Positions 53,250 through 62,885 of a stretch of DNA of 64,000 nt are shown piece by piece. The notes below the pieces were generated by a model. The model made no database searches. It saw nothing but the letters and a program-made list of their open reading frames with translations, and was not told where the DNA came from. Both the position numbers and the translations under genes were made by a program. Each line of letters opens with the position of its first letter. Position 1 is the first letter of the stretch. Source of the stretch: Candidatus Woesearchaeota archaeon (GTDB taxonomy: Archaea; Nanobdellota; Nanobdellia; Woesearchaeales; WAPY01); NCBI GenBank assembly GCA_049700835.1, contig JBNAUL010000002.1:222999-286998 (forward strand), given 5' to 3'.

Positions 53250-53644
53250 TAACAATAGAGTTCATACCTTATTCAGAAATTGAAGGGCTAAGCTCAATAG
53301 GGAGAATTAGAAAACTGCTGAAAATAGCCAAAGAGAACAAGATAGTTCTACTTGAAGGAAGGTTGAGAAAGGAGGAGGAGGCAGAACTCATAAAGACAAC
53401 TATGGAAGAAATTGACGATGAGTTCAAGGGCATAGAGCTTGGAGTTATTTATCCTGAGGAAGGACAGCTTAACTTCATCAAAAAATTGAGATTAAACATT
53501 GTGAACATTGTCTTGGGTTACAGGGCTGGATTCACTGTAATAGGGCCTGCTTCTGTTGTAAAGGAAATAAAGAAAGACCCAAAGAGGATTGAACTCTTCA
53601 CTATCGACAAACAAAAGACAAGGAAGCTTAAAAAGAAAAAATAA
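53246..53644 (+). CDS. DUF2073 family protein (OapB-like)
   Basis: IVLLEGRL..EEEAELI..TMEEID..FKGIE, TVIGPA; ATGA overlap with the GTPase stop. Confidence 0.85.
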   Translation: MITIEFIPYSEIEGLSSIGRIRKLLKIAKENKIVLLEGRLRKEEEAELIKTTMEEIDDEFKGIELGVIYPEEGQLNFIKKLRLNIVNIVLGYRAGFTVIGPASVVKEIKKDPKRIELFTIDKQKTRKLKKKK

Positions 53645-53723
53645 AAACATGATACAGAATAAGAATAAGTAAATGCTAAACAAATACTAAAGTAAATAGA
53701 GTTTAATAAAGAAAATTTTTCTC

Positions 53724-54122
53724 ATGCCACACCAATGCGTTCGTTGCGGAAAGATATATGATGATGGATCTCAAGAAATACTTACTGGGTGTTCTTGCGG
53801 AGGCAGATTGTTCTTTTACATAAAAAAGGAAAAATTAACCCAACTTAAAAAATCCATCTCAAAATTATCTCCGACTGAAAAACAGGAGATAGAAAGGGAT
53901 GTTTTAGAGTTGATAGGAGCTCCTGAAGAGCAAGGGGAAGAGCCAATCGTGCTTGATTTTGAAAGCATAAGGGTTTTAAAACCAGGAAAATACGAGCTTG
54001 ATTTGGTTCAAATATTCAAGAAAAAGCCCTTGATTTATAAGGTTGGAGATGGAAAGTACTACATTGATTTGGCAGCGAGTTTTGAATTGAGCAAGAGCAA
54101 AAGCAAGAAGGAAAAAAGATAA
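53724..54122 (+). CDS. Zn-ribbon DUF2072 protein (OapC-like)
   Basis: MPHQCVRCG, GCSCG..F.Y, ESIRV..PGKYELDL. Confidence 0.88.
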   Translation: MPHQCVRCGKIYDDGSQEILTGCSCGGRLFFYIKKEKLTQLKKSISKLSPTEKQEIERDVLELIGAPEEQGEEPIVLDFESIRVLKPGKYELDLVQIFKKKPLIYKVGDGKYYIDLAASFELSKSKSKKEKR

Positions 54123-54136
54123 GCAAAAAACAAGAA

Positions 54137-54236
54137 NNNNNNNNNNNNNNNNNNNNNNNNNNNNNNNNNNNNNNNNNNNNNNNNNNNNNNNNNNNNNNNN
54201 NNNNNNNNNNNNNNNNNNNNNNNNNNNNNNNNNNNN
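54137..54236. other. Assembly gap (100 N) with the same 22 nt on both flanks
   Basis: AAAGATAAGCAAAAAACAAGAA at 54115-54136 and 54237-54258. Confidence 0.95.
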
Positions 54237-54305
54237 AAAGATAAGCAAAAAACAAGAAGAAAAAATAAAGGAGCAAGAAAAATTTTATGATTTAAGTTTA
54301 TATTT

Positions 54306-55556
54306 TTATTCCTTCACTAACTGCTGAACTCCTTTCTTTATCGCTCTTAAAAAAAATGCGAACTCTTTCATAAAGTCGCCATTGTCCCTTTTCTTTTTTT
54401 CAAAAATTGCTCTTTCATAAACTACAAGAAGTTTTTTAGCGCACTTCTCTATAGAGTATTTTTCTGCTGTCTTGAAAGCGTTTGACAAAATTTTTTGCCT
54501 CAATTCATTATCGTTAATCAATAGTTCTATCTTCCTGATAAAATCAGAATCGTTTTTTGCAACAAGACCATTGAATCCGTCAATCATGAAATCAGAAGTT
54601 CCAAAATTCTTGAAACAAACAACAGGAGTTTCTGAAGCCATTGACTCCAAGATAGTTAATCCCTGTGCTTCTTGCTTTGAAGGCGTTGCAAAAACATCTG
54701 CTGCCTTGTAATAAGGAATGAGCGCTTTATAGTCCTTGGTTGCAGGATAAATCCTTATCCTGTTCTGCAAATCATTCTTTGCGATTTGGTCCTCAAGAAA
54801 ATCCTTTTCAGGCCCATTTCCAACAATTACCAAAACAACATTGTCGAGCTCAATGCGCTTCATCAATTTTAAGAGCAATGGAAGATTTTTTTCTTTTGCC
54901 AATCTTCCTGCATAAAGCAGGATTCTTGTTTTTTTGAAGTCCGCCTTCTTAATCCTGAAATCTGCAATTATCTTGTTTCTAAGAACAGTTGAACTCTTCT
55001 TGTATTTTGCAAGATTAAACTCTTTCAAGTTTATTCCTGTTGGTATAATAACAACCGGCTTTGAAAGTTTCATTCTCAAAAAATGGTTGCGCATTCTTTT
55101 TGAAGGAACTATTATGTAATCAAAGAACTCCAAGAATGATTTTATGTATGTTCTTATCAGCTTCTTACTTAACTTTGGGAACAAGTTTAAATAGATATCA
55201 TAGTCCTCATAATTTGAATGCGCTGTAAATATTAAAGGTTTCTTGTACAATCTTGCAACATATAGCGCTGTCAAACCCGTATTCACTGGATGATTTGCAT
55301 GAATGACATCAAGATTTTTGCAAATCCTAAGTTTTGGGCTCATCATCGGAAATGTCAATGAGAAATCAGTATTTAGAATTTTCAAGCCATTGAAGCGAAT
55401 TATGTTCTTCTCTCTATCCTTATAATGACCATGCTTTGGAGCGAATACATATACTTTGTGTTTTTTTGACTCCAATTCCTGCTTGAAAGCAATCAGCGAA
55501 GTAACAACTCCTGATTTTACAGGTCTGTATGTCTCTGTGAAAAATCCTATTCTCAT
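54306..55556 (-). CDS. GT4 family glycosyltransferase
   Basis: MRIGFFTETYRP..SGV, GRLAKEKN, EAQGLTILE (EX7E). Confidence 0.9.
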   Translation of the reverse strand: MRIGFFTETYRPVKSGVVTSLIAFKQELESKKHKVYVFAPKHGHYKDREKNIIRFNGLKILNTDFSLTFPMMSPKLRICKNLDVIHANHPVNTGLTALYVARLYKKPLIFTAHSNYEDYDIYLNLFPKLSKKLIRTYIKSFLEFFDYIIVPSKRMRNHFLRMKLSKPVVIIPTGINLKEFNLAKYKKSSTVLRNKIIADFRIKKADFKKTRILLYAGRLAKEKNLPLLLKLMKRIELDNVVLVIVGNGPEKDFLEDQIAKNDLQNRIRIYPATKDYKALIPYYKAADVFATPSKQEAQGLTILESMASETPVVCFKNFGTSDFMIDGFNGLVAKNDSDFIRKIELLINDNELRQKILSNAFKTAEKYSIEKCAKKLLVVYERAIFEKKKRDNGDFMKEFAFFLRAIKKGVQQLVKE

Positions 55557-55593
55557 AAAAATCAGGCCTTCCAAGATTTTTTAAATTTTTTAA

Positions 55594-56934
55594 TCATTTC
55601 TTTGAATATTCCAAATCTGATTTTCTCACTATTTTTAAAATTTCCCCTTCTTCCAAGAAGTTTTTCTCAGGAGAATTTATTATCTTTGAAAGCTTGTATA
55701 TGTAATCCACAAAGTTTGGAATCATCAGGAGGTTGTAGAAGCTGTGTTTCAAAGCAAGCATACCTTTAAAGCCCGCATCTCCTACAGCGCCGTAAAACTC
55801 TGTTCTTTTGAAAATGTTCCTAAAGGTGTTGTTCCACTCTTCAACGCTTAGAATATCAGGCCCTAATGCTGAGAACCTTCCAATCCTTGCTGTTTGCGGA
55901 ATGTCAAAACTAAGCAATTTTTTCAGATGAGCATGAGCCCTGTAAGTTGAGATGCTATCAGGCCATGGGATCCAATAAGGAACCATTCTTGAAAGCTGAG
56001 CTGCTGTTGATGAATAAGCCCAAAAATTTTCTATCAAGAACCCATTCAGCCTTGGCTTGAATGCATTGTAAAACAAGAGAGAAGAGAAAAAGCTTAAATC
56101 CATGATGTGCTTTGATGTTATTCTGTAAAAACCAAATCCGTTGTTGTTGCAAAATTCTCTTATTGAATCCCCAAAATCCTTTGAAGATCCCCATTCAGAA
56201 TCATACATTAATCTTTTCTCTGAGCTCAAACGCCATACAACCTTGTCAACAATTGTTGATAATCTCTCAGAAACCCCTTGGTATTCCTCAAAACTTAATC
56301 CACCGTATCCTCCGAGCTGCAACCAAACATTGTCTGATATTCTATGCCATGGCCATGGCTGCTTGTTCTCAAAATAGATTATTACGCCGTCCTTTTTTAA
56401 GAGATCTCTAATTAGTTTTGAATAATAATTGTTAATTTCAAGGAATTTTGCCCTGAAAACAAGATAGTGCTTTAATAGAGCCCTGTCGTGTATAGGGTCA
56501 TAATGCAGTACTATGTCAATGCCATTGTTTTTCTTTTTTACAAGATTCCCTATTTTTTCGCAAACGCTCATGTAATCATTTATTTTGTCAAGTTTCATAA
56601 ACCTCAATGTTGCTCTTATGAATGTTGCATGAGTTGGCAGAAATACTGAGTTCAAGGTTGAGCTTATATCTGCTATTGCTCCTGAACCAGGGCCTATGAT
56701 TAAATAATCAAATTTCTTTTGCTTCAAAAAATTGATGTCAGAAAGCATCTTTTTAGAGAGTTTTTCAACATTCAATCTTGAAATCCTTGAGTTTGAATAA
56801 TACAAAAAATCGCTTGGAACAAAAGAACTTGCTATTCTTGGAATTGAGGATGCTTTGTCATTAAATTGGTTTGCAAGGCAGGATTCAAAGAAAAAGGACG
56901 AACTTTCAATAGGAATCTTTGGATACAAGACCAT
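55594..56934 (-). CDS. Hypothetical protein
   Basis: 446-aa ORF with GAGGTG SD, immediately upstream of and co-oriented with the GT4 gene. Confidence 0.75.
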   Translation of the reverse strand: MVLYPKIPIESSSFFFESCLANQFNDKASSIPRIASSFVPSDFLYYSNSRISRLNVEKLSKKMLSDINFLKQKKFDYLIIGPGSGAIADISSTLNSVFLPTHATFIRATLRFMKLDKINDYMSVCEKIGNLVKKKNNGIDIVLHYDPIHDRALLKHYLVFRAKFLEINNYYSKLIRDLLKKDGVIIYFENKQPWPWHRISDNVWLQLGGYGGLSFEEYQGVSERLSTIVDKVVWRLSSEKRLMYDSEWGSSKDFGDSIREFCNNNGFGFYRITSKHIMDLSFFSSLLFYNAFKPRLNGFLIENFWAYSSTAAQLSRMVPYWIPWPDSISTYRAHAHLKKLLSFDIPQTARIGRFSALGPDILSVEEWNNTFRNIFKRTEFYGAVGDAGFKGMLALKHSFYNLLMIPNFVDYIYKLSKIINSPEKNFLEEGEILKIVRKSDLEYSKK

Positions 56935-57104
56935 TCTACACCTCTTTTTTATTTACTTTTTAACTACCTTGAACAATTATGCTAATTTGTGATCAATTAA
57001 TTATTGTTAATTGGTTAGTGGTTTTTGCATTCTTACATTTTTTATTTTTACATTTTTATATTATCAACTATTTTTAAAATTATCTGAAATGCATGCGAAA
57101 TGCT

Positions 57105-58301
57105 CTATTTTTGAGCTATAATTTGTATTATGTCTCTGTGCTTCAAGACATGATCCTTTCCAATTATCATCTTTGTCCTAAGATCAACAGCCCTTATAAA
57201 ATTATCTCCAAAGCTTGTATGCACCTTGTAAGCGAATTCAAGCGCAGTTGTTCCTTTGCTTACCAAAAAACAGTCAGGCAGAACATTCCCTTGGGAGTCC
57301 TCGAGCTTTGAATTCGCAACTGGAAAAACAGCAATCTGCTGCAGAACATTGAACACCATGTAATCAACAACCTGCTGCACTCCTGTGCTTCCAAACCTCT
57401 TCAAAACATTCTCCCTTATAAAATTAAGAGCAGAAGATTGTTTCTCGCTAAGTTTTTCAGGACTGATTATTTTAAAATCAGAATCTCCTGGGATGTAATC
57501 TATCAATTTTTGGTTTGACGCTTCTCTCAAAGCAAGTTCTGACTCTGCAGAACATGGTATTATAACCAAATTTTGAAATTTCTGCTTTATCTTTTTTATG
57601 TTTTCTTCGGCGTTTTTGCAGTCCGCTTTGTTAGCAGCAATTACTATGGGCTTTGTTTTCCTTCTAAGCATTTTAGTAAATTCAAAAAGCTCAGAGTCGC
57701 TCCACTTTAGAATGTCCTTTTCAAGGTTCAAGGCCTCAATAACTGATTTTACATCATGCTCTGTTATTTTCAGGCCAGAGAACTGCTTTGCAATTTCCTT
57801 AAACGCTTCTTTTCTTTCAAGATGCACTTTCTTGCTGAAGCTCTCCCAAGAGCGCTTCAGTATTTGAAGATACCACAAATCAATTTCTTCCTCTAAAAAG
57901 ATAATATCATTTATAGAATCATAGCTTCCAAGAGCAACTGGTTCTCCATTCTCGTTTGTAGAGCCAGAAATATCAACAACATGTATCAAAGCATCTGCCT
58001 GCCTCAAATCATCCAAGAATTGGTTTCCCATTCCCTTTCCTTTATGAGCACCTGGAACCAAGCCAGCAACATCGAGAACTTCAAAAGGAACAAACCTATA
58101 GTTCCCTAATATAAAACCCGATTTCGGATTTTCTGTTACATTAAATTCCTTTCCAACAGATTCAATCTTTGCATAGGCAATTCCATGATTTGGTTTCAGG
58201 GTTGTAAAAGGATAGTTTGCTATCTCAACATCTATTAGAGTTAAAGCTTTGAAGAAGGTTGATTTTCCAACATTTGCTTTGCCCACAATGCCCACAAGCA
58301 T
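57105..58301 (-). CDS. ychF: YchF/Obg-family ATPase with TGS domain (archaeal type)
   Basis: GKANVGKST, NYPFTT, DVAGL, ANKAD, LPD..FAYKVHT; start reassigned to ATG 58301. Confidence 0.93.
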   Translation of the reverse strand: MLVGIVGKANVGKSTFFKALTLIDVEIANYPFTTLKPNHGIAYAKIESVGKEFNVTENPKSGFILGNYRFVPFEVLDVAGLVPGAHKGKGMGNQFLDDLRQADALIHVVDISGSTNENGEPVALGSYDSINDIIFLEEEIDLWYLQILKRSWESFSKKVHLERKEAFKEIAKQFSGLKITEHDVKSVIEALNLEKDILKWSDSELFEFTKMLRRKTKPIVIAANKADCKNAEENIKKIKQKFQNLVIIPCSAESELALREASNQKLIDYIPGDSDFKIISPEKLSEKQSSALNFIRENVLKRFGSTGVQQVVDYMVFNVLQQIAVFPVANSKLEDSQGNVLPDCFLVSKGTTALEFAYKVHTSFGDNFIRAVDLRTKMIIGKDHVLKHRDIIQIIAQK

Positions 58302-58513
58302 TATTAAAATTTTGTTTTGTAAGTATAAAAATGTTTCCAAATTTTCATTGGCAATTCTATTGGAATTAAAAAAGCAGGTTCTGCAAAAATAGAATTTAAG
58401 AATCAAGAGTTATGAGTATTTAAAAAAATAACAAAAAAATAAAAAATTTAGAATTCTTTGTTTTTCTTTGTTTTTGAGTTTTTCTGCGTTTTTAAAAGAG
58501 TTTTTATGCTGGA

Positions 58514-58642
58514 TTACCAGTCCTCGTCAGACTCGTCGCTGTCTCCGCTGTCTTCATCATCGTAATCCTCATCGTCTTCCCAATCCGTATCGTCATAATC
58601 TTCTTCGTCTTCATCCTTTAATTTTAATGTCCAATCTCTCAT
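58514..58642 (-). CDS. 42-aa hyperacidic microprotein
   Basis: AAGGAGGTGG SD before ATG 58642; MRDWTLKLK followed by a D/E tract ending in W. Confidence 0.7.
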   Translation of the reverse strand: MRDWTLKLKDEDEEDYDDTDWEDDEDYDDEDSGDSDESDEDW

Positions 58643-58725
58643 GGAGTCCACCTCCTTGTGAGAACGCACAAGAAAGAGGTCATATTTAAATATTTCGTTA
58701 AAAAAAAACAAAGCGAGTATCATAA

Positions 58726-59589
58726 TCAAAATTTTTTTGTTTTTAGAATTTCTACATCATATTTCAAGGAGAAATCATTTGAGAGTTCGCTGACCTTTTC
58801 CTTGAAATTGCCAAGCCCTTTCCAGTCAATGATCAACTTTTTAGGAGCAGGAATTGTTCTTTCATACGCTTGTTCCAAGATCTCAAAATCAAGTTCTTCA
58901 AGATTGTATTTTGCGCAAACATGCCCCAATGCTATGTTTGTATTCAATATTATTTTCTTGAAGTTTGGCATTGTGTGCAATCCTCCGATGCCAATTGCTG
59001 ATTCAAAATCAAAGTTTTCTTTTGATAGGGTATTCATCAACGCCCTTGCAACAATTGATCCTGCTTCAGGATTCTTCCATTCCTCTTCGCTAGAACCAAT
59101 CTCTATGAAAAAGACGGGTTTTTCAACAAAAGGGCCGTGATGAGTTACTTCCTGAACAACATCATAGTTTATTGTGTTAAGGGCAAAAAGTTCCTTGACC
59201 GCTTGTTTTATGTAGAATGCAGGTGATAGACAGAGTTTTCTTTCAAAACCCCCTAGTTCTGCTCTTCCAAAGTTTCCAGGGCTGTGCGCTGTTAAACTCG
59301 GTATTTTTGAGCTTGACTTGTGCTTTGTTGCAAAGACAAGGAGTTCAGCTCCAATCTCAGCATCAATATTATTGGCATGCACGCACTCCTCATTTATTGT
59401 ATAAATCCTTGCCAAAAATGAATTGTTTTTAAATAAAAATGTTTTTTCACCTTTAAAAGATCCTTGTTCTGCGAAATCATAGTTTTCAAGAAGCGCTCTC
59501 TTTATGTTCAACCCGGCAGGGTCTTTTTTTGAAACAATGATTGCAACATTCCTGAAAAAAAGTCCCTTGCTTACTTGATTTAAAACCAT
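58726..59589 (-). CDS. dtdA: D-aminoacyl-tRNA deacylase (DTD2/GEK1 type)
   Basis: SKKDPAG.NI, KH.S...PSLTAH.PGN, EVTHHGP, FIEIGS...W, GGLH. Confidence 0.92.
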   Translation of the reverse strand: MVLNQVSKGLFFRNVAIIVSKKDPAGLNIKRALLENYDFAEQGSFKGEKTFLFKNNSFLARIYTINEECVHANNIDAEIGAELLVFATKHKSSSKIPSLTAHSPGNFGRAELGGFERKLCLSPAFYIKQAVKELFALNTINYDVVQEVTHHGPFVEKPVFFIEIGSSEEEWKNPEAGSIVARALMNTLSKENFDFESAIGIGGLHTMPNFKKIILNTNIALGHVCAKYNLEELDFEILEQAYERTIPAPKKLIIDWKGLGNFKEKVSELSNDFSLKYDVEILKTKKF

Positions 59590-59688
59590 CGCTCTTTTTG
59601 TAAATGAAATTCATTTTATATGTTTTTTGTTTTAATTTTGCAACATCCTACAATAAATTTTTAAATACAACGCTAACAATAAATTTTT

Positions 59689-61461
59689 ATGAGATTAGCT
59701 TTTGTTAACAAGGAAAATTGCAAGGGAGGGGTTGACTGCAATTACATATGCATGTCTGTTTGCCCTATAAACAGGGCTAAGAAGGATTGTATAACCATTG
59801 TTGAAAACAAAAAAGTAAACATCGATGAAAAACTTTGCATTGGGTGCGGGATTTGCGTTAAGAGGTGCCCTTTCAATGCTCTTTCAATAATCAATCTTCC
59901 TGAGGAGCTCAAGATACCAATACACAGGTATGGAAAGAACGGTTTTGCCCTCTACAATTTGCCAACTCCTGAGAGTGGAAAGGTTGTTGGAATTTTAGGA
60001 AGGAATGCTATTGGAAAAACAACTGCGCTCAAAATAATATCTGGAATTATAAAGCCAAACTTCGGAAAGAAAGAGGAGTTTGGTTATGAAGAATTAATAA
60101 AATTCTTTAAAGGGCAGGAAGCACAAAAGTTCTTTGAAGAACTTAAAAACAATAGGATAAGGGTTTCTTACAAACCGCAGAACATTGATCAGCTTCCATC
60201 TATCTATGATGGAAAAGTCCTTGACTTGCTGAAAAGGGTTGATGAGAGAAATCTCTTTGAAGAGATTGTTGAAAAACTTGACTTAAAAAATATTCTTGAG
60301 AGAAACATAAAAGAACTCTCAGGAGGAGAACTCCAAAGAGTAGCCATAGCAGCAACTGTGCTTAAAAGAGCAAACCTCTACATCTTTGACGAGCCAACTT
60401 CTTATCTTGACATAAACCAAAGATTAAGGGTTGCAAAGTTCATAAAGGAAATGGTTAGCCAAGAAACAGAAAAAAACATAACTTCTGTGCTTGTAGTTGA
60501 GCACGATTTGCTTGTTCTTGATTACATGAGCGATTTGGTGTATGTTTTCTATGGAAAATCAGGTTGTTATGGAGTTGTTTCAATGCCAAAATCAACCCGC
60601 CAGGGAATAAATGAGTATTTGGAGGGCTTCTTAAGAGAGGAAAACATGAGAATAAGGGAAAAACAAATTGTTTTTGAGGAAAAACCTCCTGTTGTTTTTA
60701 AGAGAGAAGAAAAACTTAATTCTTGGAAAAACATAACAAAGAGGTTGGGCAGCTTCAGTTTAGAAGCAAAAGAGGGCTCGTTGTTCAAGCATCAGGTTGT
60801 TGGAGTTCTTGGAGAAAACGGAATAGGAAAAACCACCTTTGCAAGGATAATTGCAGGGGAAATAACCCCTGATTCAGGAAATTTTGAAAAAGTAGTTGTT
60901 TCTTACAAGCCACAATACCTGGCTGAAAGAATGAACGCTCTTAAAGAAAAGAGAGTTCTTGAAATAATTCCTAAAAAAGAGGATGAGCTTACAATACAAG
61001 TCATAAGGAATTTAGAAATCCCTTTTTTAGAAATGAAAAAGATAGGAGAACTTTCAGGAGGAGAACTCCAAAGAATTGCAATAGTGGATTGCTTGCTAAA
61101 AGAAGCAGACATCTACTTGTTGGATGAGCCCTCAGCTTACCTTGATGTTGAGGAAAGAATGATTGTTGCCAAGACAATAAGAGACTTTGCGCAAAAAACA
61201 GGAAAAACCTTTTTAGTCATAGACCACGATCTTCTGTTTTTGGACTCTATTTCAGAAGCATTAATCGTGTTTTCAGGAGAACCTTCAATAAATGGAAGCT
61301 TGAATGGGCCTTTGAAAATGGAAGAAGGAATGAATTTATTTTTGGAAAAGGTTGGAATAACATTGAGAAGAGATGTTGAGACAAAGAGGCCAAGAATAAA
61401 TAAGGAAGAATCAAAAAAGGACAGAATGCAAAAGGGTTCTGGAAAGTATTATTATGCTTAA
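59689..61461 (+). CDS. rli: Ribosome recycling ATPase ABCE1/RLI
   Basis: N-terminal Fe-S Cys motifs (CIGCGICVKRCP), two ABC cassettes (LSGGELQR, DEP), terminal GKYYY. Confidence 0.97.
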   Translation: MRLAFVNKENCKGGVDCNYICMSVCPINRAKKDCITIVENKKVNIDEKLCIGCGICVKRCPFNALSIINLPEELKIPIHRYGKNGFALYNLPTPESGKVVGILGRNAIGKTTALKIISGIIKPNFGKKEEFGYEELIKFFKGQEAQKFFEELKNNRIRVSYKPQNIDQLPSIYDGKVLDLLKRVDERNLFEEIVEKLDLKNILERNIKELSGGELQRVAIAATVLKRANLYIFDEPTSYLDINQRLRVAKFIKEMVSQETEKNITSVLVVEHDLLVLDYMSDLVYVFYGKSGCYGVVSMPKSTRQGINEYLEGFLREENMRIREKQIVFEEKPPVVFKREEKLNSWKNITKRLGSFSLEAKEGSLFKHQVVGVLGENGIGKTTFARIIAGEITPDSGNFEKVVVSYKPQYLAERMNALKEKRVLEIIPKKEDELTIQVIRNLEIPFLEMKKIGELSGGELQRIAIVDCLLKEADIYLLDEPSAYLDVEERMIVAKTIRDFAQKTGKTFLVIDHDLLFLDSISEALIVFSGEPSINGSLNGPLKMEEGMNLFLEKVGITLRRDVETKRPRINKEESKKDRMQKGSGKYYYA

Positions 61462-61529
61462 TTATGCTTAAAAACAGCAAGAAAAAACAATAAAAAAATA
61501 AAATCAGGATAAAATCAAGAGAGAATGAA

Positions 61530-62228
61530 ATGAGGGTTGGGGTTTTGTTTTCAGGGGGAAAGGACTCTTGCCTTGCTTTGATAAAGGCAATAGGTAAAAA
61601 CACGATAAAATGCCTGATAAATGTTTGTTCTGAGAACCCTGAGAGCTACATGTTCCACACAATAAATTCTGATTTTACAAGATTGCAGGCAAAGGCTATG
61701 AAAATTCCGTTGGAGCGCATAAGAACAAAGGGTCTTGAAGAAAAAGAGGTTTATGACCTGAAATTAGGATTGCTTAAAATAAAGAAAAAGTACAAACTTG
61801 AAGGAATAGTTTCAGGGGCAATAGCCTCAAATTACCAATATTCAAGAATAAATAAGGTTTGCGAAGAATTAAGATTAAAATCAATAACTCCTTTGTGGCA
61901 GAAGCCCCAAGAAATTGTTTTAAAAGATGTTCTGAAGAACAAAATAAAGGCAATAATAGTTGGAGTTTTTGCTGACAACCTTAATAAAGATTTTTTAGGA
62001 AAGGAAATTGACTATGCGTTTATAAGAAAAATGCAGGAGTTGAACAAAAGAACAGGGCTAAACATAAGCGGAGAAGGCGGAGAATTTGAAACATTCGTTA
62101 TTGATGCTCCTGTTTTCAAGAGAAGGATAGTTATTCAGGATTTCATCATAGATTATAAAAACAATTCAGGAGTAATGAAAATAAGAACAGCAAAATTGGA
62201 AAGAAAGCTGAAAACAAAATCAAAATAA
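61530..62228 (+). CDS. Diphthine-ammonia ligase (Dph6)-like PP-loop ATPase
   Basis: FSGGKDS, SYMFH, SGAIAS.YQ, PLW, GEGGEFET. Confidence 0.9.
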   Translation: MRVGVLFSGGKDSCLALIKAIGKNTIKCLINVCSENPESYMFHTINSDFTRLQAKAMKIPLERIRTKGLEEKEVYDLKLGLLKIKKKYKLEGIVSGAIASNYQYSRINKVCEELRLKSITPLWQKPQEIVLKDVLKNKIKAIIVGVFADNLNKDFLGKEIDYAFIRKMQELNKRTGLNISGEGGEFETFVIDAPVFKRRIVIQDFIIDYKNNSGVMKIRTAKLERKLKTKSK

Positions 62229-62274
62229 AAAAGATAAAAATAAAAACATAAATAAAAATAAAAGACTTGGTAAA

Positions 62275-62829
62275 ATGCTTGAATTTTTGGTAAAGGATAT
62301 TGCTGAAAAAATTTATGAAATAAACAACAGTTCAATGGAAAGATTCATTGAATATCTGAAAAAAAAGAAATTTGTGAGCAGTGATGAGCTTAAAACAAAC
62401 ATTGGATTAGAAAAATATTATTCCATTATTTATCAGTTAGGAACTTGCAAGCAGAACTTCAGGATTAGAAAAAAGAGAGAAGAAATCATTCAAGACTTTT
62501 TGTCATCTAATGATCCTTACTTATTGTACCTTGCTGGCTGCAACTGGAACGACTTTTGGTTTGACGAAAGAATAACAAAATCAATAGTTAAAAACAAGGA
62601 AGCTAAGTTTTTATACTACGCAGGGCTTGACTGGAAAGCAAGAAGGTTTTCAAAAGAAATTGTAGAAGCCCTTGTTGAAACGAACAATAAAAAATACATT
62701 GATATGGCGCTTCAAAACTGGAACAAAACAAGGAGAAAAATTCTTGAGAAATGCATAATGGAATACAATGCTTCTCCAATAAAAAAAGAAAAACAAAATA
62801 AACGAAAAAAGCAAATATATAAAGAATAA
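62275..62829 (+). CDS. Hypothetical helical-repeat protein
   Basis: Repeated LY.AG..W / Y..AL..W motif at about 25-aa spacing. Confidence 0.65.
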   Translation: MLEFLVKDIAEKIYEINNSSMERFIEYLKKKKFVSSDELKTNIGLEKYYSIIYQLGTCKQNFRIRKKREEIIQDFLSSNDPYLLYLAGCNWNDFWFDERITKSIVKNKEAKFLYYAGLDWKARRFSKEIVEALVETNNKKYIDMALQNWNKTRRKILEKCIMEYNASPIKKEKQNKRKKQIYKE

Positions 62830-62885
62830 AAAAGAATAAAAAGAATGAGAGATTACAAGCAACTGTTTCAAGCGTTTCAAGCAAC

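Noticed and set aside
54115..54258. 22-bp direct repeat flanking the gap as an insertion footprint
   Set aside because: More simply explained as overlapping contig ends joined by a placeholder gap.
58643..58729. Hydrophobic N-terminal extension of the acidic microprotein in the ORF track
   Set aside because: The segment contains the TATA-like box and the strong SD pointing to ATG 58642.
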